Translations under genes and position numbers: made by a program
Part shown: positions 51,920 through 55,299 of the stretch, one piece after another
How the letters are laid out: every line of letters starts with the position of its first letter
Numbering within the stretch: position 1 is the stretch's first letter
Assembly: GCA_041577695.1 (NCBI GenBank)
Contig: JBFGIM010000002.1
Coordinates: 1-55,299, forward strand
DNA from: Myxococcota bacterium
GTDB lineage: Bacteria > Myxococcota_A > UBA9160 > PR03
Reading direction: 5' to 3'
DNA length: 55,299 nt
Notes under the pieces: generated by a model
What the model saw: only the letters and a program-made list of their open reading frames with translations
Database searches by the model: none
What the model was told of the DNA's origin: nothing

Positions 51920-51943
51920 GCGCCCGGGCGGATTCGGCGCTCG

Positions 51944-52822
51944 TCAGCCCACCAGCTCCGGACAGCGCTTGGCCAGGGTCTCGCCGAGCTCGGCCGGCGA
52001 CGGCGCGACCGCGACACCGGCAGCCTCGAGCGCCGCGATCTTGTCGGACGCCTTGCCCTTGCCGCCGGCGATGATCGCCCCGGCGTGGCCCATGCGCTTG
52101 CCGGGCGGCGCGTTCTGGCCGGCAATGAACGACACCACCGGCTTGCTCATGTGGTCGCGCACGTATTCGGCCGCTGCTTCCTCGGCGCTGCCGCCGATCT
52201 CGCCGATCATGATCACGGCGCGTGTCTCGGCGTCCTTCTCGAACAGCGCCAGCGCGTCGATGAAGTTGGTGCCGATCACGGGATCGCCGCCGATGCCCAC
52301 GCAGGTGGACTGGCCGACGCCGATACGCGAGAGCTGGTCCACCGCCTCGTAGGTCAGCGTACCCGAGCGCGAGATCACGCCGACCGGGCCCGGCCGGGTG
52401 ATCTGCGCCGGCATGATGCCGATGCGACACTGGCCGGGCGTCACCACGCCGGGGCAGTTCGGTCCGAGCAGTCGGGTGCCGCCGCCGCGCAGCGCGCGCT
52501 TGGCGCGCATCATGTCGAGCGCGGGGATCCCCTCGGTGATGCACACCACCAGGTCGAGGCCGGCGTCCGCTGCCTCGAGGATGGCGTCGGCCGCGCCGGA
52601 CGGGGGCACGAAGACCACCGACGCGTTGGCGCCCGTGGCCTCCACCGCCTGCCGCACGGTGTCGAACACCGGGATGTCGTCGACGGTCTGGCCGCCCTTC
52701 CCGGGCGCCACCCCGCCGACCACGTGGGTGCCGTAGTCGAGCGAGAGCTTGGCGTGGTAGCGGCCCATGCGGCCCATGCCCTGCACCAGCACCGACGTGT
52801 TCTTGTCGCAGAGGATCGCCAA
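51944..52822 (-). CDS. sucD: succinate--CoA ligase alpha subunit
   Basis: TTG start. Motifs [25 protein letters not shown] (catalytic His). Confidence 0.95.
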   Translation of the reverse strand: MAILCDKNTSVLVQGMGRMGRYHAKLSLDYGTHVVGGVAPGKGGQTVDDIPVFDTVRQAVEATGANASVVFVPPSGAADAILEAADAGLDLVVCITEGIPALDMMRAKRALRGGGTRLLGPNCPGVVTPGQCRIGIMPAQITRPGPVGVISRSGTLTYEAVDQLSRIGVGQSTCVGIGGDPVIGTNFIDALALFEKDAETRAVIMIGEIGGSAEEAAAEYVRDHMSKPVVSFIAGQNAPPGKRMGHAGAIIAGGKGKASDKIAALEAAGVAVAPSPAELGETLAKRCPELVG

Positions 52823-52825
52823 CGG

Positions 52826-53992
52826 TCAGGCCCCCCGCGCGGCGGCAACCGCGCGCTCGCCCGCTTCGCGGAAGGTCTCGGCGGGGGTGATGTCGAGACC
52901 GGATTGGTCGAGGATGCGCCGCCCCTCCGCAGCGTTGGTGCCCTGCAGCCGCACCACCAGGGGAACGTTGACCGCCTGCTCCCGTGCGGCGGCCACCACG
53001 CCCTCGGCGACCAGGTCGCAGCGGACGATGCCGCCGAAGATGTTGACCAGGATCGCCTTCACGCCCGGGTCCTCGAGGATCAGCTTGAACGCGGCGGCGA
53101 CGCGCTCCTGGTTGGTTCCGCCGCCGACGTCGAGGAAGTTCGCCGGCGCGCCTCCCGCCACCTGGAGCATGTCGAGAGTGGCCATGGCCAGGCCCGCGCC
53201 GTTCACCAGGCAGCCGATGTCGCCGTCGAGGCCGACGTAGGCCAGGTCCAGCTCGGCGGCCTCGGCCTCGCGCGGGTCCTCCTCGTCGGGATCGCGCAGA
53301 CCGCTCAGGTCGGCGTGACGGAAGAGCGCGTTGTCGTCGAAGTTCAGCTTGGCGTCGAGCGCCAGCAGGTCACCGGAGCCGGTCACCACCAGCGGGTTGA
53401 TCTCGGCCAGCGATGCGTCCTTCTCGGTGAAGAGCCGGTACAGACCGCTGAGGAAGACCTCGAGTCCGGGTATCGCGTCGGCACCCAGGCCCAGACCGAA
53501 GGCGACGCGCCTCACGTGGAAGGCCTGGAGCCCGGTCGCCGGGTCGACGTGCACGGTGAGGATCTTCTCGGGCGCGCGGGCCGCGACCTCCTCGATCTCC
53601 ATGCCCCCCTCGGTCGACGCGATCACCGCCAGGCTCTCGGCGGCCCGGTCGAGGACGACGGCCAGGTAGAGCTCGCGGGCGATGTCGCAACCGGCCTCGA
53701 CGTAGACCTTGCGCACCAGCTTGCCCTCGGCGCCGGTCTGGTGCGTCCGCAGCGTCATGCCGAGGATCTCGCTGGCGCGCTGCTTGGCCTCGGACGGCGT
53801 CGGGGCCACCTTGATGCCGCCGCCCTTGCCGCGGCCGCCGGCGTGCACCTGCGCCTTCACCACGGTGAGGCCGCCGCCCAGGGCGCGCGCCGCGCTCTCG
53901 GCCTCGGCCGGCGTGGTGGCCAGATGGCCCTCCGGCACCGGAACCCCATAGGAGCGCAGCAGCTCCTTGGCCTGATACTCGTGGACGTTCAT
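52826..53992 (-). CDS. sucC: succinate--CoA ligase beta subunit
   Basis: MNVHEYQAKELL, ATP-grasp, NIFGGIVRCD. Confidence 0.95.
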   Translation of the reverse strand: MNVHEYQAKELLRSYGVPVPEGHLATTPAEAESAARALGGGLTVVKAQVHAGGRGKGGGIKVAPTPSEAKQRASEILGMTLRTHQTGAEGKLVRKVYVEAGCDIARELYLAVVLDRAAESLAVIASTEGGMEIEEVAARAPEKILTVHVDPATGLQAFHVRRVAFGLGLGADAIPGLEVFLSGLYRLFTEKDASLAEINPLVVTGSGDLLALDAKLNFDDNALFRHADLSGLRDPDEEDPREAEAAELDLAYVGLDGDIGCLVNGAGLAMATLDMLQVAGGAPANFLDVGGGTNQERVAAAFKLILEDPGVKAILVNIFGGIVRCDLVAEGVVAAAREQAVNVPLVVRLQGTNAAEGRRILDQSGLDITPAETFREAGERAVAAARGA

Positions 53993-53995
53993 CGC

Positions 53996-55299
<1,304 letters not shown>

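Noticed and set aside
51918-51942. Hairpin GAGCGCC-N11-GGCGCTC between convergent korB and sucD, as a bidirectional intrinsic terminator.
   Set aside because: It is a 7-bp stem with an 11-nt loop and no flanking T/A tract on either strand. This is too weak to call as a feature.

Overview
A 55.3-kb, very GC-rich bacterial chromosomal segment; real coding frames have near-saturated GC3. I call about 58 CDS, 2 tRNAs, 2 sigma54-type promoters, one gene relic and one repeat family. All calls rest on reading the six-frame track and the DNA by eye. No database or HMM search was run, so family names are motif recognition from memory. The ORF track prints M for GTG/TTG starts, so I re-derived starts from the DNA. 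Many genes use GTG/TTG and overlap the upstream stop as GTGA/ATGA.

Gene content looks Myxococcota-like: pilA-pilG-pilH-pilI-pilD order, PATAN/DUF4388 proteins, a che operon carrying a HEAT-repeat protein, sigma54 promoters and lipoboxes.

Layout:
- 32-2325 (-): PATAN protein plus a polytopic Cys-rich membrane protein.
- 2500-4312: rpsT, holA and an lptE-like gene.
- 4375-18265 (-): a 12-gene chemosensory cluster. In gene order: PATAN-pseudoreceiver, CheY, CheA, 2x CheW, multi-TM MCP, Zn-ribbon-receiver, 696-aa HEAT protein, CheR, CheB, coiled-coil-GAF, CheY-like.
- 18395-25439 (-): a compacted housekeeping string. In gene order: yceD, rpmF, fabD, acpP, fabF relic, rpiB::glyA fusion, nrdR, ribD, ribH, nusB, hypothetical.
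- 25550-29464 (+): gltX, tRNA-Gln, and a UbiA-family / alkaline-phosphatase-superfamily pair.
- 29496-34455 (-): a type IV pilus module with two pilins under a textbook sigma54 promoter, then pilGHI and pilD.
- 34677-38778 (+): a 1103-aa membrane/spermidine-synthase-like/TPR fusion, tRNA-Glu and a DEDDh exonuclease.
- 38792-39186: a roughly 400-bp nested inverted-repeat element.
- 39198-41170 (-): a sigma54-promoter / ECF sigma / long structured spacer / 86-aa protein / 189-aa mini-kinase module.
- 41348-48871 (-): lipoprotein, ppdK, glyQS, recO, RodZ-like, PilW/Tgl-like TPR lipoprotein, hypothetical.
- 49011-55299: TCA-cycle genes korAB, sucDC, mdh and partial icd.

Best candidates for an undescribed system:
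1. The sigma54-driven ECF sigma with no recognisable anti-sigma, linked to a small protein and a minimal RIO/Kdo-like kinase.
2. The PATAN/HEAT/Zn-ribbon-REC/GAF-decorated chemosensory cluster.
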